A stretch of DNA of 64,000 nt from Hormiphora californensis (Eukaryota > Animalia > Ctenophora): assembly GCA_020137815.1 (NCBI GenBank), contig CM035361.1, positions 4,774,001 through 4,838,000 on the forward strand, in the 5' to 3' direction. Below the pieces are notes generated by a model. It saw only the letters and a list, made by a program, of their open reading frames with translations. It was not told the DNA's origin and searched no databases. A program made the position numbers and the translations under genes. This document shows positions 1 to 13,200 of this stretch, one piece after another. The stretch's first letter is position 1, and every line of letters begins with the position of its first letter.

Positions 1-94
1 TTTTCGGTCTTCTTTTCTAGTGGTGCTCCATCATATTGGTCCGCCGCCCAAAGTGTTGTCAACGACGTCCAAGATGCATGAAAAAGCATGTCAA

Positions 95-216
95 CAGTCG
101 GACCCCGATTTACCGGTATAGGAAATTAACAGTATTTTACCGCGATATACCGGGCACCCCGATTTACCGGGCAAAATCCTTTCCCCCGAGCATCCCGGTA
201 AATCGGGGTCCGACTG
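95..216. mobile_element. Tc1/mariner-type MITE (TIR CAGTCGGACCCCGATTTA)
   Basis: Terminal inverted repeats CAGTCGGACCCCGATTTACCGG...CCGGTAAATCGGGGTCCGACTG with TA on the right; same family as 549-687, 10885-11758 and 62358-63178. Confidence 0.8.
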
Positions 217-548
217 TACGTACAACTACAAAAAGTAGGAGCACCACTGTAACAGCAAAAAGGTGTACTGTGGTTAATTGTTGTCTCCGGACCGCGATGT
301 TACAGCAGTCAGTGCCTGCGACAATGTGGTTCAAATCAAAATCAGTGCCTGACAAAATGATAGGGTGAGCGCTCGCGCTCAGCGCACCCATAGTTACACC
401 ACGTGTCTGGTTGCACACTCAAAATTGGGATAAACAAGTGAAGGTTGCACACTCACATGGCCGTACGATCGACATCCGAACCGAGGTGCAACCCTGATGA
501 AATTTCGGAATTGGTAGAGGACCGAATTGTAGTCCTCCGGTAGAGGTA

Positions 549-687
549 CAGTCGGACCCCGATTTAGGGACACCCTCGGGGGAAGGCTCTTGTCCACTAA
601 ATCGGGGTGTCCACTAAATCGGGGTCAAATAATGTTAATTTCCTATATCGGGGGAAAAAATCCTGTCCCTAAATCGGGGTCCAACTG
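549..687. mobile_element. Tc1/mariner-type MITE (same family)
   Basis: TA|CAGTCGGACCCCGATTTAGGGACA...TGTCCCTAAATCGGGGTCCAACTG|TA. Confidence 0.8.
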
Positions 688-819
688 TATCTTGGTCTCT
701 ATTTTAATTTTATACTGGAAATCCCGAATAGAAACAAACCTTGTGTTTTACTACGTTCCTTGTGAATGTACTTCTGTAACAATTGTAATTGTACGGCCTA
801 ATTGGTATACCAATTTAAT

Positions 820-1706
820 TGTTTGAAGGGAAATGGGGAAGTAATTGGTGACTTGGTGACATAGACACCGTGCGCGACCAAGATTGAGCTCACACAGGTG
901 TCTGCTCCGCCTCAAAAAGGGTCGTTTCTTTCAAGGGATGTTGCACGCGATCCACTGGACCGATTTGCATCCGGTTTGTCGCAAAAGACTACAAATGATC
1001 CTAATATACTGGAAAATACCCGAGAAATTTGTCTGTCAACAGGAAGTGGGTCAAAATTGACACTGAAGTCAAACCTATAATCTGGCTTCCGAGAGTTTCT
1101 GCACTACGCCCATGCGATTTAGAAGATATTGGGAGATATGTTGATGCAATTAGCATCAGCTATTAATGCCGGGTATTTTCCAGTACTCACAAGAGTTCAA
1201 CCTATCTTCTGATACCCTCAGATTCATTCTACACCGTCCGGGAGTGGTGCAAAAAGGCTCGGAAGCCAGATTATAGATTTGACTTCAGTGTCAATTTTGA
1301 CCCACTTCCTGTTGACAGACAAACTTCTCGGGTATTTTCCAGTAAACTAGGACCAACTTGTAGTCTTTTGCGACAAACTGGATGCAAATCGGTCCAGTGG
1401 ATCACGTGCAATTTGGCTTGAAAGACAAGACTCTTTTTTAGGGGGCGGAGCGGACACCTATGCTATGTGCGAGCTCGATCTCGGTCGCTGCGCGACCTCG
1501 AACTCGCACGCACTAGGTGTCAATGTCACCAAATTGGTGACATAGAACACCTGGGCACCTGGCGCGTCGGCGCGACCCCCCGCACTGCGGCGGGTCGCGC
1601 CACCTATGTCACCAACTGTATGGCGCTCAGATGGGTCGCGGCGCCAGACAGGTCACCAAGGGTAATTGGTCCAAGTACTTACTACTTCCCCATTTCCCTT
1701 CAAACA
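820..1706. mobile_element. TIR element hosting nested TTGGTGACAT-family insertions
   Basis: TGTTTGAAGGGAAATGGGGAAGTA at 820 and its reverse complement ending at 1706. Confidence 0.6.
853..1532. mobile_element. ~680-bp non-autonomous foldback DNA transposon, TTGGTGACAT termini, 9-bp TSD (MULE-like)
   Basis: TTGGTGACAT...ATGTCACCAA with long imperfect inverted arms; TSD ATTGGTGAC at 844-852 and 1533-1541; other copies at 8563-9239 and 38159-38794. Confidence 0.85.
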
Positions 1707-2214
1707 TTAGAACTAGAAGTCAGGTAATTTTAGCTTCCCATTTGCATTATATGGGTGAAAATAAATAATCCAAACTTAATTAATAATACAATCATGAAAA
1801 TCTTTATTCGCAAATCGCAGAAACTTCGAGAAAGAAAAAGAATCTGATAGACGGAAATTAAGCCACACGAACATCAAAATATACATTAATAATAAACGTG
1901 ATCGTGGCTTTGCATCTGTGAATGTCAATAATTAACTATGCCAATTAAATAATTAACTTCAAATATCAGCTCTCAGACACAATGTCCCTTTCCAAAGATT
2001 TCTCGTCATGTACAATATATGCAGCACAGTGCACAACTTATAGCAATATAGCATAGGTGTCATTCAAATTCAGCATTGAGCAATGCCATGCAATGCAATC
2101 CACTTGATGGTAGATACGATCTGATATCATGCAAGTTATGCGTTCTTCCTTTTTCCAAACTTTTCAAATCGAGAGTCCCACGGGTTCATCTGACGTTTCA
2201 CAAATTCTTCCTGC

Positions 2215-2922
2215 GGGGGGGTTCCCATGGTATACTTTGGTATACTTTGGCACTTTCCACAACTTTTTCAGCGATTTTCCATATACCAAAGTATACCAAA
2301 GTATACCAAAATATACCAAGGTATACCAAAGTATACCATAAAAATTTTGAAAAAGGTAAAATTTAAGCGATAAATTAAAATAATTGACTAAATTTGTAAA
2401 ACTACATCCTTATTTCGTTCTAAATTGGTAATATAAAGCTTATTAAACTGATTTTTACGTATGTTACATCATCCGGCTAGTGCTCAAGGCTGGCCACTCA
2501 GTGGCCAGGGGTTCAATTCCCGGTTGAGGCAATTTTTGAAAATTTTTTAGAGACTATACCAAATACTATTTGAACTTTTTATTGACTTTTTAAAAAGTTT
2601 TTTATCGCACTCAAATGAGTCCCAATGTGTCAAACCCCAGTTTTGTGACTCATCATTTCATAGGCAAAATAAGTTTCCTCGATTCTATGAAATTAGCCAA
2701 TTTAGCCTAGTTAACCTCAAGTTTATGAGTTAAGAAAGTTTATACAAACTGTTTTAAAGCCTTAATTATTGTAAATTAACACTTTAAAGTACGTAAAGCT
2801 ATTAAAAAGATATGGTATACTTTGGTATACTTTGGTACCTTCCACATATTTAAATTTTTTTGGAATTTTCCATATGCCAAAGTATACCAAAGTATACCAA
2901 AGTATACCATGGGAACCCCCCC
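2215..2922. mobile_element. Non-autonomous DNA transposon with 8-bp TSD and 10-bp subterminal repeats
   Basis: TIR GGGGGGGTTCCCATGGTATACTTTGG; TSD CTTCCTGC at 2207-2214 and 2923-2930; (CCAAAGTATA)n subterminal repeats. Confidence 0.8.
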
Positions 2923-3128
2923 CTTCCTGCACGAAGGGGAGATATTTTTGGGTCATTTGATCCCTCTCGTTTAATTTGGATTTGGGCACGTCGTCGCGCC
3001 CTGTTTCAATACGGGTCTAGATGGCTATAATTATAGCCACGGTTGCCGCCAGCCAGTACGCTTTCAGGTGTTCATGTTGTTAGTTAATTACTACCAGTTA
3101 GCTGTTTATAGGGGATTTCAATTATTAC

Positions 3129-3612
3129 CTCATCGACGACCCGATCATTGGTCTGTGAGTTGGACAACTCCTCCTCTTGGTCTCCGTTATTAAACCTCTC
3201 GTTGGGAATCCAAGCTGAACATGGGGATAAAATGATAAAATTCAAATTTTAATTTGTTCATTAGTTCCAAAAAGTTGATCTCAAACAAGACTGTACTTCG
3301 GGTACTGGCTATTAGCCACGGGAGAATTAAATTATAATTCTGATTCAAGGGACAAGTAAGGGGGAGAATAATATTAAGGGGAGAATGGTATTTATGGAGG
3401 CCGGGACACATAATATAGCTCCCAAAACCGTCAAAAGCAGGAACCGACCGAATTAGGAAATACTGATCCCTGATTGGCTGATAACCAGTCACGTGACATA
3501 AATAACGAGTTATGATTGTTTGTTTACTTGTTTCGGTCGGTTCCTGGTCAAGAGACTTACACTGGCTGTCAGCAGAGTTCACCTCGGCACCCTCCACCTC
3601 TGAGCTCTGCAT
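3129..3612 (-). CDS. 5' coding exons of an unidentified gene continuing toward the window start
   Basis: Exon 3628-3561 (ATG at 3612, MQSSEVEGAEVNSADSQ, phase-1 donor GTAAGT) joins in frame to exon 3214-3129 (ttcag|...SWIPNERFNNGDQEEELSNSQTNDRVVDE|gtaata). A GTAAGT donor at 4237 suggests an upstream non-coding exon. No family recognised. Confidence 0.55.
3438..3546. mobile_element. 109-bp hAT-type MITE (CAGGAACCGACC TIR) carrying CCAAT and GTCACGTGAC motifs
   Basis: TIRs; 8-bp TSD GTCAAAAG/GTCAAGAG; copies at 52881-52989 and 53666-53774 in the opposite orientation. Confidence 0.85.
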
Positions 3613-3624
3613 GGTACACACCAA

Positions 3625-4224
3625 ACACCTGTGAAATAAAATATTAGATGTGTGAACACACTGCAGACACACCTGTGAAATAAAATATTAGAGAGGTGTG
3701 AACACACTGCAGACACACCTGTGAAATAAAATATTAGAGGTGTGAACACACTGCAGACACACCTGTGAAATAAAATATTAGAGGTGTGAACACACAGTGC
3801 AGACACACCTGTGAAATAAAATATTAGAGGTGTGAACACAGTGCAGACACACCTGTGAAATAAAATATTAGAGGTGTGAACACACTGCAGACACACCTGT
3901 GAAATAAAATATTAGAGGTGTGAACACACTGCAGACACGTCCTGTGAAATAAAATATTAGAGGTGTGAACACACTGCAGACACACCTGTGAAATAAAATA
4001 TTAGAGGTGTGAACACACTGAAGACACACCTGTGAAATAAAATATTAGAGGTGTGAACACACTGCAGACACACCTGTGAAATAAAATATTAGAGGTGTGA
4101 ACACACTGCAGACACACCTGTGTGAAATAAAATATTAGAGGTGTGAACACACTGCAGACACACCTGTGAAATAAAATATTAGAGGTGTGAACACACTGCA
4201 GAGGTGTGAACACACTGCAGACAC
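3625..4224 (-). repeat. 44-bp tandem repeat (~13.5 copies) forming most of an intron
   Basis: Unit on the minus strand is GTGTGTCTGCAGTGTGTTCACACCTCTAATATTTTATTTCACAG; no unique spacers, so not CRISPR. Confidence 0.95.
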
Positions 4225-5021
4225 AGACATAACTTACATTGCAAAGGATATAACGGTGAGAATAAGACTTCGATACATGGTTTATCTGTGTTGGAACTAC
4301 AAAATATGTGTCAAAACTTGTGGCTACTGGCTAGTCTTATTTGTCGATCATGATGTAGTATTATAGTGACAGTGTACTAGACAAATCGGATTACGGATGA
4401 TCATTTAGATACGATCTAGATTCCAAGATTTAAGATCTGATACAAGATTATAATCTGAGAAAAGAATTAAGTCACATGGCGCTACGTAATTGCTGTTGCA
4501 AAGTATAAATCAGTGCCTACAAAGCTTCGTAGATTAAGAAAATAAGAAGAAGCCAGAACTCTGTCTAGCGGCGCCAAACCCCGAGTTTACAGTGCGTTCA
4601 GATGGCGGATGGTATTTGCAGCTTGTTCGACCCTCCCTCCCCACGCCCCGGGGAGTAAAAAAGGTTTGAACAAAACAAGATGAGGTCCACGGCGCCAGAC
4701 AGCCTGCAGAACTATCAAATCTCAGAATGAATTTCCACAACCTAGCGGTGACTTTTTATAGCACTATTTCACAGCGTTACGTTCCCTCCTGCAGCGCGAG
4801 ATTGCGGGGGGTGCCTTTGTTTCCGTGCGTCATGCCTACAAATTAAAATATTGCTGCAAGCTAGAATGGGCACCAAGAAGAAAGTATTGTCCAACTCATT
4901 TAAAATTAAATACCCCGCTTCTTGGTGTCTTTTATATAAGCCCCGCTATAACGCTTTGTTATACTTATAGCAGTTTATACTAGTTACAAAGAATAGATCA
5001 TGGCGATCCCCCGCTGAATTG

Positions 5022-5112
5022 CCACGTGACCAGGGCACGTGACATGTGCAGCTGTGATCTATATAAGTCACGTGACCAGCTGTGATCTATATAAGTCACG
5101 TGACCAGCTGTG
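5022..5112. promoter_or_regulatory. Cluster of four CACGTGAC E-boxes with a 28-bp tandem duplication, upstream of the minus-strand gene
   Basis: CCACGTGACCAGGGCACGTGAC...(CAGCTGTGATCTATATAAGTCACGTGAC)x2; regulatory role is inferred only. Confidence 0.35.
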
Positions 5113-5671
5113 ATTGAAGTTCTTTGTTTCAAATGTTGTGGGAGGGATTAAAATGAAATTGAAGCGGATTGTTGCATAGAAGTAGTATTATAGTTGATCC
5201 TTAATTCAAAGTACCTCAATAGCCGAATGCACAATACTGGTTACAGACTACAGGTATATAGTCAAACCTCGATTTACCGGACTTCTCAGGGATGGGGGTT
5301 TGTACGAATATACGGCAAATCGGCCGGTAAATCGAGGTCCGGTAAATCTAATAAATTTACTAGATTATCTAAGTTTGACTGCAGTAAAGATCGTAAAATA
5401 TTTATTATTTAATATTTATTTTCCGTCACAAAATGCGGGGAGAGTTGTGCACAGAACATATATAAAAAGACGCTAACAAAATTGAAGTACTAGAAAGAAA
5501 AGTTTCTGTCTATGATAAGTCGAGTTCAATAAAGTGAATGTTATTAATAGGTTATTGCCTCTCCTATAACGCTATAATATAGCTAGGCGCTCTATAGATT
5601 ACAATATGTGATATAAAAGTGAAAAGAAGAAAATTGTCTACATTCTACAGAGTAGCCTAATGAAGAACATA

Positions 5672-5865
5672 GGGGGAAAACAGTCGTGCCTGAACCTCAG
5701 GTCAAGTACACGGCTATTTTCCACTGAGACCTGAGATCTCAGGTTTCAGTGACGGCTATTGCCTTAAATTTCAGGAAATAGCCGTCACTGAAACCTGAGA
5801 TCTCAGGTCTCAGTGGAAAATAGCCGGGCACTTGACCTGAGGTTCAGGCACGACTGTTTTCCCCC
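5672..5865. mobile_element. Palindromic MITE
   Basis: GGGGGAAAACAGTCGTGCCTGAACCTCAGG and its inverse; flanked by ATA on both sides. Confidence 0.75.
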
Positions 5866-5898
5866 ATAAACTCATAAACTCAATTTTTAAAGCAACTA

Positions 5899-6329
5899 CA
5901 GTCGGACCAGGGAATTAGTGTCTGACTGTGGTCTGAGACCCCCTAGGGGCACGGAGCTTTTCTGAATCACCTTTTCGAGACGAATCCAACGCAACCGGAA
6001 TTAGCTTTCTATCTTATCGGGAAGTTTAGGCCCCTTCATTTTTCGGTGTGCGAGCCAATCAGAGGCCTGGATTTCGAAATAATTGATTGGCTTGCGCACC
6101 GAAAAGTGACCAAAAATGAAGGGGCTCAAGCCCAAACTTCGACCGATAAGATAGAAAGCTAACTCCGGTTGCGTTGGATTCGTCTCGAAAATGTGATTCA
6201 GAAAAGCTCCGTGCAGTAGGGGGTTTCCAGACCACAGTCAGACACTACCCGTGATCATCAGGGGAAACGGTATATCGGGGTGAAGCATTTTAACCCTTTG
6301 AGTTTGTATATAATATCGGGGTCCGACTG
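5899..6329. mobile_element. CAGTCGGAC-family MITE with a nested palindromic element (5916-6247)
   Basis: Outer CAGTCGGACC...GGTCCGACTG; inner TAGTGTCTGACTGTGGTCTG...CAGACCACAGTCAGACACTA shares its core with 41501-41832. Confidence 0.6.
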
Positions 6330-6591
6330 TTGATATAAAATTATGATACGTCCAGCGGATAATATGATGCTTGTTGAACAAGTTTTTCTAATTCAAAACC
6401 TAAATCGCAGAAAACTTAACTGAAACAATTATGCTTCTTTGGCCTATAAAGCGGCGAAGCGGGGACTAATTAAACCAACAACGCCCATTATCGCCCATTA
6501 TCGCTAAAAGGTCATTTATTTTAAACAAACAGGGCCTAGGTCTAATTGCTGAGTAAGACTAAGCCAGGAGGGTGTCATCCCTCAACAAATT

Positions 6592-7342
<751 letters not shown>

Positions 7343-8562
7343 CGAGCAATGATTTTATCCTGAATAATGAGTTCAGAGCAAGAATTAAATAGGGAAGAAA
7401 ATCGAAAAATACTGATTTTATCATGACTACAAAATTAGCTAAATGATTTTTCGTCAGTAATATAATTGCTGGCGACAGTTAAATTATTTGTTGTGGCCAT
7501 TAAACTAGAGCTAAAAAACAGGTACAGGTAATGGGTTAGTTAAAGAATTGAGAGAAAAACAGAATTTATCAACTATCTATGCCACGTACTGATATCGGGT
7601 GATACAATCGGTTGCTTTGCTCGACCCCCTCTCTCCAAAACTAAAAGGGTTTCGACAAAAAAAGTGATACATAAAATACCAAGAGGGGTGGTTATAGCTT
7701 GCCTTGTTCGACCCTCCCTTTTATAAAATAAAATAAAAAGGGTCGAACAAAACAAGTTGTGGCTTACTCGACAAGATACATCATGATTACATTGGCATCA
7801 CAGATCATGCATCGTAGGTATCTCATTAATGTTAGCCGTATTTACTAGGTACGGCTAACATTAATTTGGTAAATGTAAAAGTGTAGTTCACAACAGATAT
7901 TACCTTAAGGGGGGGGGGATAACTCCATCTTTAGGTGGACCGACTTTCCTATTGCAAGTTTTAAAACTTATTTTTAAACGTTGAGAGATGATCCAAGCTC
8001 CAGTCTTCACGTCCAGTCTTCTAGAAGGAGAGATAATCCTTAATTATAAAGTAGAAATTATGCGTGGCGTGATGACCTATCCACACGTGAAAATAGAGGG
8101 GGTTGTCAAGGAGGTGCCATAGACCATACGGCGTACGCAGCGGGTGATTGAAGACTGCACGTGCGGATTGGTGCAGTGGGTGAGAGGGGTGCTCCTGGGT
8201 GAGGGAGAGTGCGGTGATTCGCGTCAACGAGTGCTCTACTTCAACGGGCTTTCTAGTTGTAAAGTAGAAATGAACGTCGTAATGAGTGTGATGTCCTATC
8301 CACACGTGCAAATAGAGGGGTACGAGCAGCGATGGGACTTGGGAGGGATCGAATTTGCAGATCGAATTTTTAGGCAATGTTCACAATCATTAGCTTTTTT
8401 GGAAAGAACTCGATCTCTTCTTTCTAAAGAGCCCAAGATTTTCGAAATTGGTCGAGAAATGGCCAAGTCATGGGGTAAAACGTCTCAAAATCGTGCCAAA
8501 AAGGTGATTTTCGACTGACAAAGCCGCTGTTTCAACGGAGTGAATTTATAGAGAACTCCAAC

Positions 8563-9239
8563 TTGGTGACATTGACACCTAGTGTGTGCGAGATCGAGGT
8601 CGCGCAGCGACCGAGATCGAGCTCACACATAGGTGTCCGCTCCGCCCCCTAAAAAAGGGTCGTGTCTTTCAAGCCAAATTGCACGCGATCCACTGGACCG
8701 ATTTGCATCCGGTTTGTCGCAAAAGACTACAAATTGATCCTAATATACTGGAAAATACCCGAGAAGTTTGTCTGTCAACAGGAAGTGGGTCAAAATTGAC
8801 ACTGAAGTCAAATCTGTAATCTGGCTTCTGAGCCTTTTTGCACCACTCCCAGGCGGTTTAGAATGAATCTGAGGGTATCAGAAGATAGGTTGAACTCTTG
8901 TGAGTACTGGAAAATACCCGGCATTAATAGCTTATGCTAATTGCATCAACATATCTCCCAATATCTTCTAAATCGCATGGGCGTAGTGCAGAAACTCTTG
9001 GAAGCCAGAATATAGATTTGACTTCAGTGTCAATTTTGACCCACTTCCTGTTGACAGACAAACTTCTCGGGTATTTTCCAGTATATTAGGATCATTTGTA
9101 GTCTTTTGCGACAAACCGGATGCAAATCGGTCCAGTGGATCGCGTGCAACATCCCTTGAAAGAAACGACCATTTTTGGGGCGGAGCAGACACCTGTGTGT
9201 GAGCTCAATTTTGGTCGCGCACGGTGTCTATGTCACCAA
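8563..9239. mobile_element. TTGGTGACAT-family foldback element, 9-bp TSD
   Basis: TSD AACTCCAAC/GACTCCAAC; the empty site is present in the paralogous copy at ~27716-27724. Confidence 0.9.
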
Positions 9240-9496
9240 GACTCCAACGGGCTTTCTAGTAACTTATATAAGGTTAAAGAGCAGGTTATAAGCCCCCCCC
9301 CCTCGAATATATTCTTTCTTACTTTCTCTTTCGGTAGCTGCAACAATTTTCAGTTTCATTTTCATTTTCAGCCGCTCAACCTTTCACTTTCACTTTCAGT
9401 TTCACTATGATAGAAGCCGTTGGGACGAATGGCAGGGTGTTAAGCCACCTGCTGCTGGCATGGTAGAGAATTTGAGAGACCCCATGAGGGCGAAAT

Positions 9497-9535
<39 letters not shown>

Positions 9536-9690
9536 AAGTGGGGAGAGAGAGAGAGAGAGAAAAGGTCCTTTTTCTTTCGCGAATCTCTCATCACCAACTT
9601 AAAGCGATGAGCCACCTGCTCCTGGTAATGGTAGAGAATATAGGAGAAGGGATTCAATCGAATGTCGAGGTCACATCTGAACAGCCGCAA

Positions 9691-9755
<65 letters not shown>

Positions 9756-10221
9756 TGGAGGGCAGGGTGCCACCTGGTACTGGTGCTGCACTGGCCCGGA
9801 ATTTGACATCGGATACCATCCTCTCTCGCTGGGGCTCACGTGGATCTGGTACCGTTGTAATGGCACGACCGTTATATTACCGCGTGAGAAACGTGGCGTC
9901 GTGGCCAGAGCTCATTGGCCTGAAAGATCAGACAATTCAGTTCGCTTCAGCTTCAGTTCTACAAGCTGAGACACTATTTGGCTAGTTCAGCACGATGAAC
10001 GATCTTTTAGTTTGGACAACTGCAATGTTAGAACGCTTAATTAATTTGACTGGTTACAGAATACTTCTCGAATTCAGTTTTAATGTGGCCTTTAGATTTG
10101 ATTTTCATATTTGATTTTTTGACGTAACTATTTGTATACCTCTGTCAGGCCATTGCTCTGACAGTTATACCTGATAAAACTTCTCTCACAGAGCCTTTCA
10201 GCTGAATTCTGAAATCAAGTA

Positions 10222-13200
10222 ATGGCTAACTTTTTGGCCCTCGCTATCGGACTCATGTCTGTTATGGTTGCTACTCAAGGTCTCGAATGCTACCAATGTA
10301 AAGAATCCTATCTTGTAAGTAGGAGATATCTCCATTGTTCTATCAATCTTTCTTTCTCCTCTCTTTCTCTATTCTATCTTTCTTTCTCTATACCGAATCG
10401 AGACATCCTTAGCGAGTTTTCAATTTGTGGGCATTAGCGTCGACATCAGGGGTAAAATCGCAGTTTTGCCTACATCGTAGGTATTAGGGTCACCACACAC
10501 CAAAGTTAAAATTAAAATTAAAATTTTGATTTTAAACCCGCACACACCAGCGGCCGTTAAAATTTCTCTCCCCCATTCTAAAAGTAACAATCTCGCGCGC
10601 GATTTTGACGGCGTGTTAAAATTTTGTCATCCAACGCGACCGTCAAAATCGTGCGTGAGATTGTTACTTTTAGAATGGGGAGAGAAATTTTAACGGCCGC
10701 TGGTGTGTGCGGGTTTAAAATCAAAATTTTAATTTTAATTTTAACTCTGGTGTGTGGTGACCCTAATTTGGGCGAAACCCTTATGCTCTCTTTTCGGAGC
10801 GTGTTCGTCTAGACATTGCGCGTCGCGGGTGAACGAGCTAACCCGGGTGAACGAGCTAACAATAGTGAACTTACATGCGATATACAGTCGGACCCCGATT
10901 TAACGGCCCCCGATTTAGCGGCACCCCGATTTAACGGCAGGATAAATTTCCCCCAAAAAATTTTTGAAATTTTTTTGAAATTTTTTTGAAAATTTTTTCA
11001 AAGGTATATCAACCATGTCCGAATCGTGTTTCGAATCAGTGCATCTTATCGCATGTCCTGTCGCTAATTAGACGGTTCGAAACGAACAGATATGTGATCC
11101 ACATGAGGCCCATCGAATCGCAATTTTAACTGGCCCCATGGGGATCACGTATCGGTTCGTTTCGAACCGTCTAATTAGCGACAGGACGTGCGATAAGATG
11201 CACTGATTCGAAACACGATTCGGACGTGGTTGATTACCTTTGAAAAATTTTCATAACTTTTTTTTTGCAAAATTTTACAGAATGATTGTCAATGCTTTGA
11301 TCGGTGCTCCCCATGAATTTTTAGAGAAAAAGATATTTTGAAATTCGAATTCTTCCTCACTCCGCTTAAAGTGCCCCGATGTGGCATGGTATCACGTATC
11401 GGTTCGTTTCAAACCGTCTAGATCTTATCGCATGTCTTGCTGCTAATTAGACGCGTCTAATTAGCAGCAAGACATGCGATAAGATGCACTGATTCGATAA
11501 ACGATTCGGACGTGGTTGATAGTATTTTAATAACTTTTTTTGAATTCTTTTTTGAATTCTTTTCTTTTTCTAACCAGAAATGATCATGTAATCAATACAT
11601 GGACATTGCATTTAACACTTAGAGGTGTTTTAGTATAGCATTTTGGACAAAAATAGGGTTTTATGGGCCAAATATGCTCTACCCCGATTTAACGGACACC
11701 CCGATTTAACGGACAAAACCCTTTCCCCCGAGGGTGCCGTTAAATCGGGGTCCGACTGTACTACATCGCGCGCATGTAATTGCACTATTGTTAGCTCGTT
11801 CACCCGGGTTTGGTACAGCCCGCGACGCGCAATTTCGAGACGAACACGTTCCGAAAATGCAGTATGATATACCGTAGGCGAAACTGTGGTTTACCCCCCC
11901 CCCCCCCGGTGTTGGCGCTACTGCCTACAAGCAGTTTTGCCTACCCTGATCCACCTCCAAATTAGAGTTTAATTAGGTGTTTTATGGTGTAGGCATTATT
12001 GCATTATACCAAACAATTGGCTTGCCTCTAGCGAGTTCTAGTTTTGGTTATAAGTTAGCATACAATATCACAATTTCTCCGCAGGAAAAGGAGAAGGCTG
12101 ATGACTTCGTGGACTGCAAAGACAATACTGTTGTAACCTGTCTTGGTACAGAGAAATGCTTGAAGGGACACTATACATCCTCAGTTGAAGTTACCTTGTT
12201 TGGTGTTAAAGGCGAGGTAAAGTCAAACCAATACAATTTCACGGTATATCGATACCGTGATATAATACTAAGATACACTTGATATACAGTAATGGGCGGG
12301 AAAATATCCCCCCTAGACTAGCATGGTTCCAGATATCGTGGAGCGCAAAAATTTGGCACAGTGATCTAGTTACTGTTGCTATGTTCTAACCCTCCGCGCC
12401 CGAAACACAGCCAGGCAAAGTTACTGTATGGGACAAATAAATAGGTTTACCAAAATTTCAGACTTTTAGCTTGGAGGGCAAATAACGATTTGCGGGATAC
12501 GTAGTATAGACGTAGTAGCGACGTATTATAGACATACTATAGAAGTATTATAGATGTATTACCGACAGACGTATTATCGACAGACGTACTCAAAGACGTA
12601 CTATAGACGTAGTATAGATGTAGTAAAGACGTAGTATAGACGCCTTAACGACGAGAAAAACGTATTATAGACGTACTATAGACGTACTATAGGCGTACTA
12701 TGAGCATAGTGTGGTGTATATAGCTAGCAAAAATAAGCATTACCCGAATTAACGACACCCGATTTACGGACAAACCTTATCCAGGGTTTAAACGGTTTCA
12801 GAAATGTCGAATCACGCATTATGCTATGTGCTCTTCCCGGTTTGTAAGCGACAACGCAATTTCGAGACAACTGTTCCGAAATGCAGTGATTAACCGTAGC
12901 GAAAACATGTGTTACCCCCCCACGAGATCTTCAAGACCCGGGGTTTGGGCGTACTGCCTACAAGCAGTTTTGCTACCCTGACACCGACAGAATAGAGTTA
13001 ATTAGGTGTTTTAGGTAGGCATTATTGCATTATACAAACAATTGGCTTGCTCTAGCGAGTTCTAGTTTGGTAAGAAGACATACAAAATCACAATCTCGCG
13101 AGGAAAAGGAGAAGGCTGATGACTTCGTGGACTGAAGACAAGTTGTAACCGTTTGGTACAGAGAAATGGCTGAAGGGACACATACATCCTCAGTTGAAGT

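Noticed and set aside
457-493. Possible further minus-strand exon (catcag|...|gtgagt)
   Set aside because: Only 37 nt, open in all three frames and with no recognisable homology, so it cannot be linked confidently.
3625-4224. CRISPR-like array and the ORFs across it
   Set aside because: Head-to-tail repeats with no unique spacers, in eukaryotic context; the ORFs are repeat translations.
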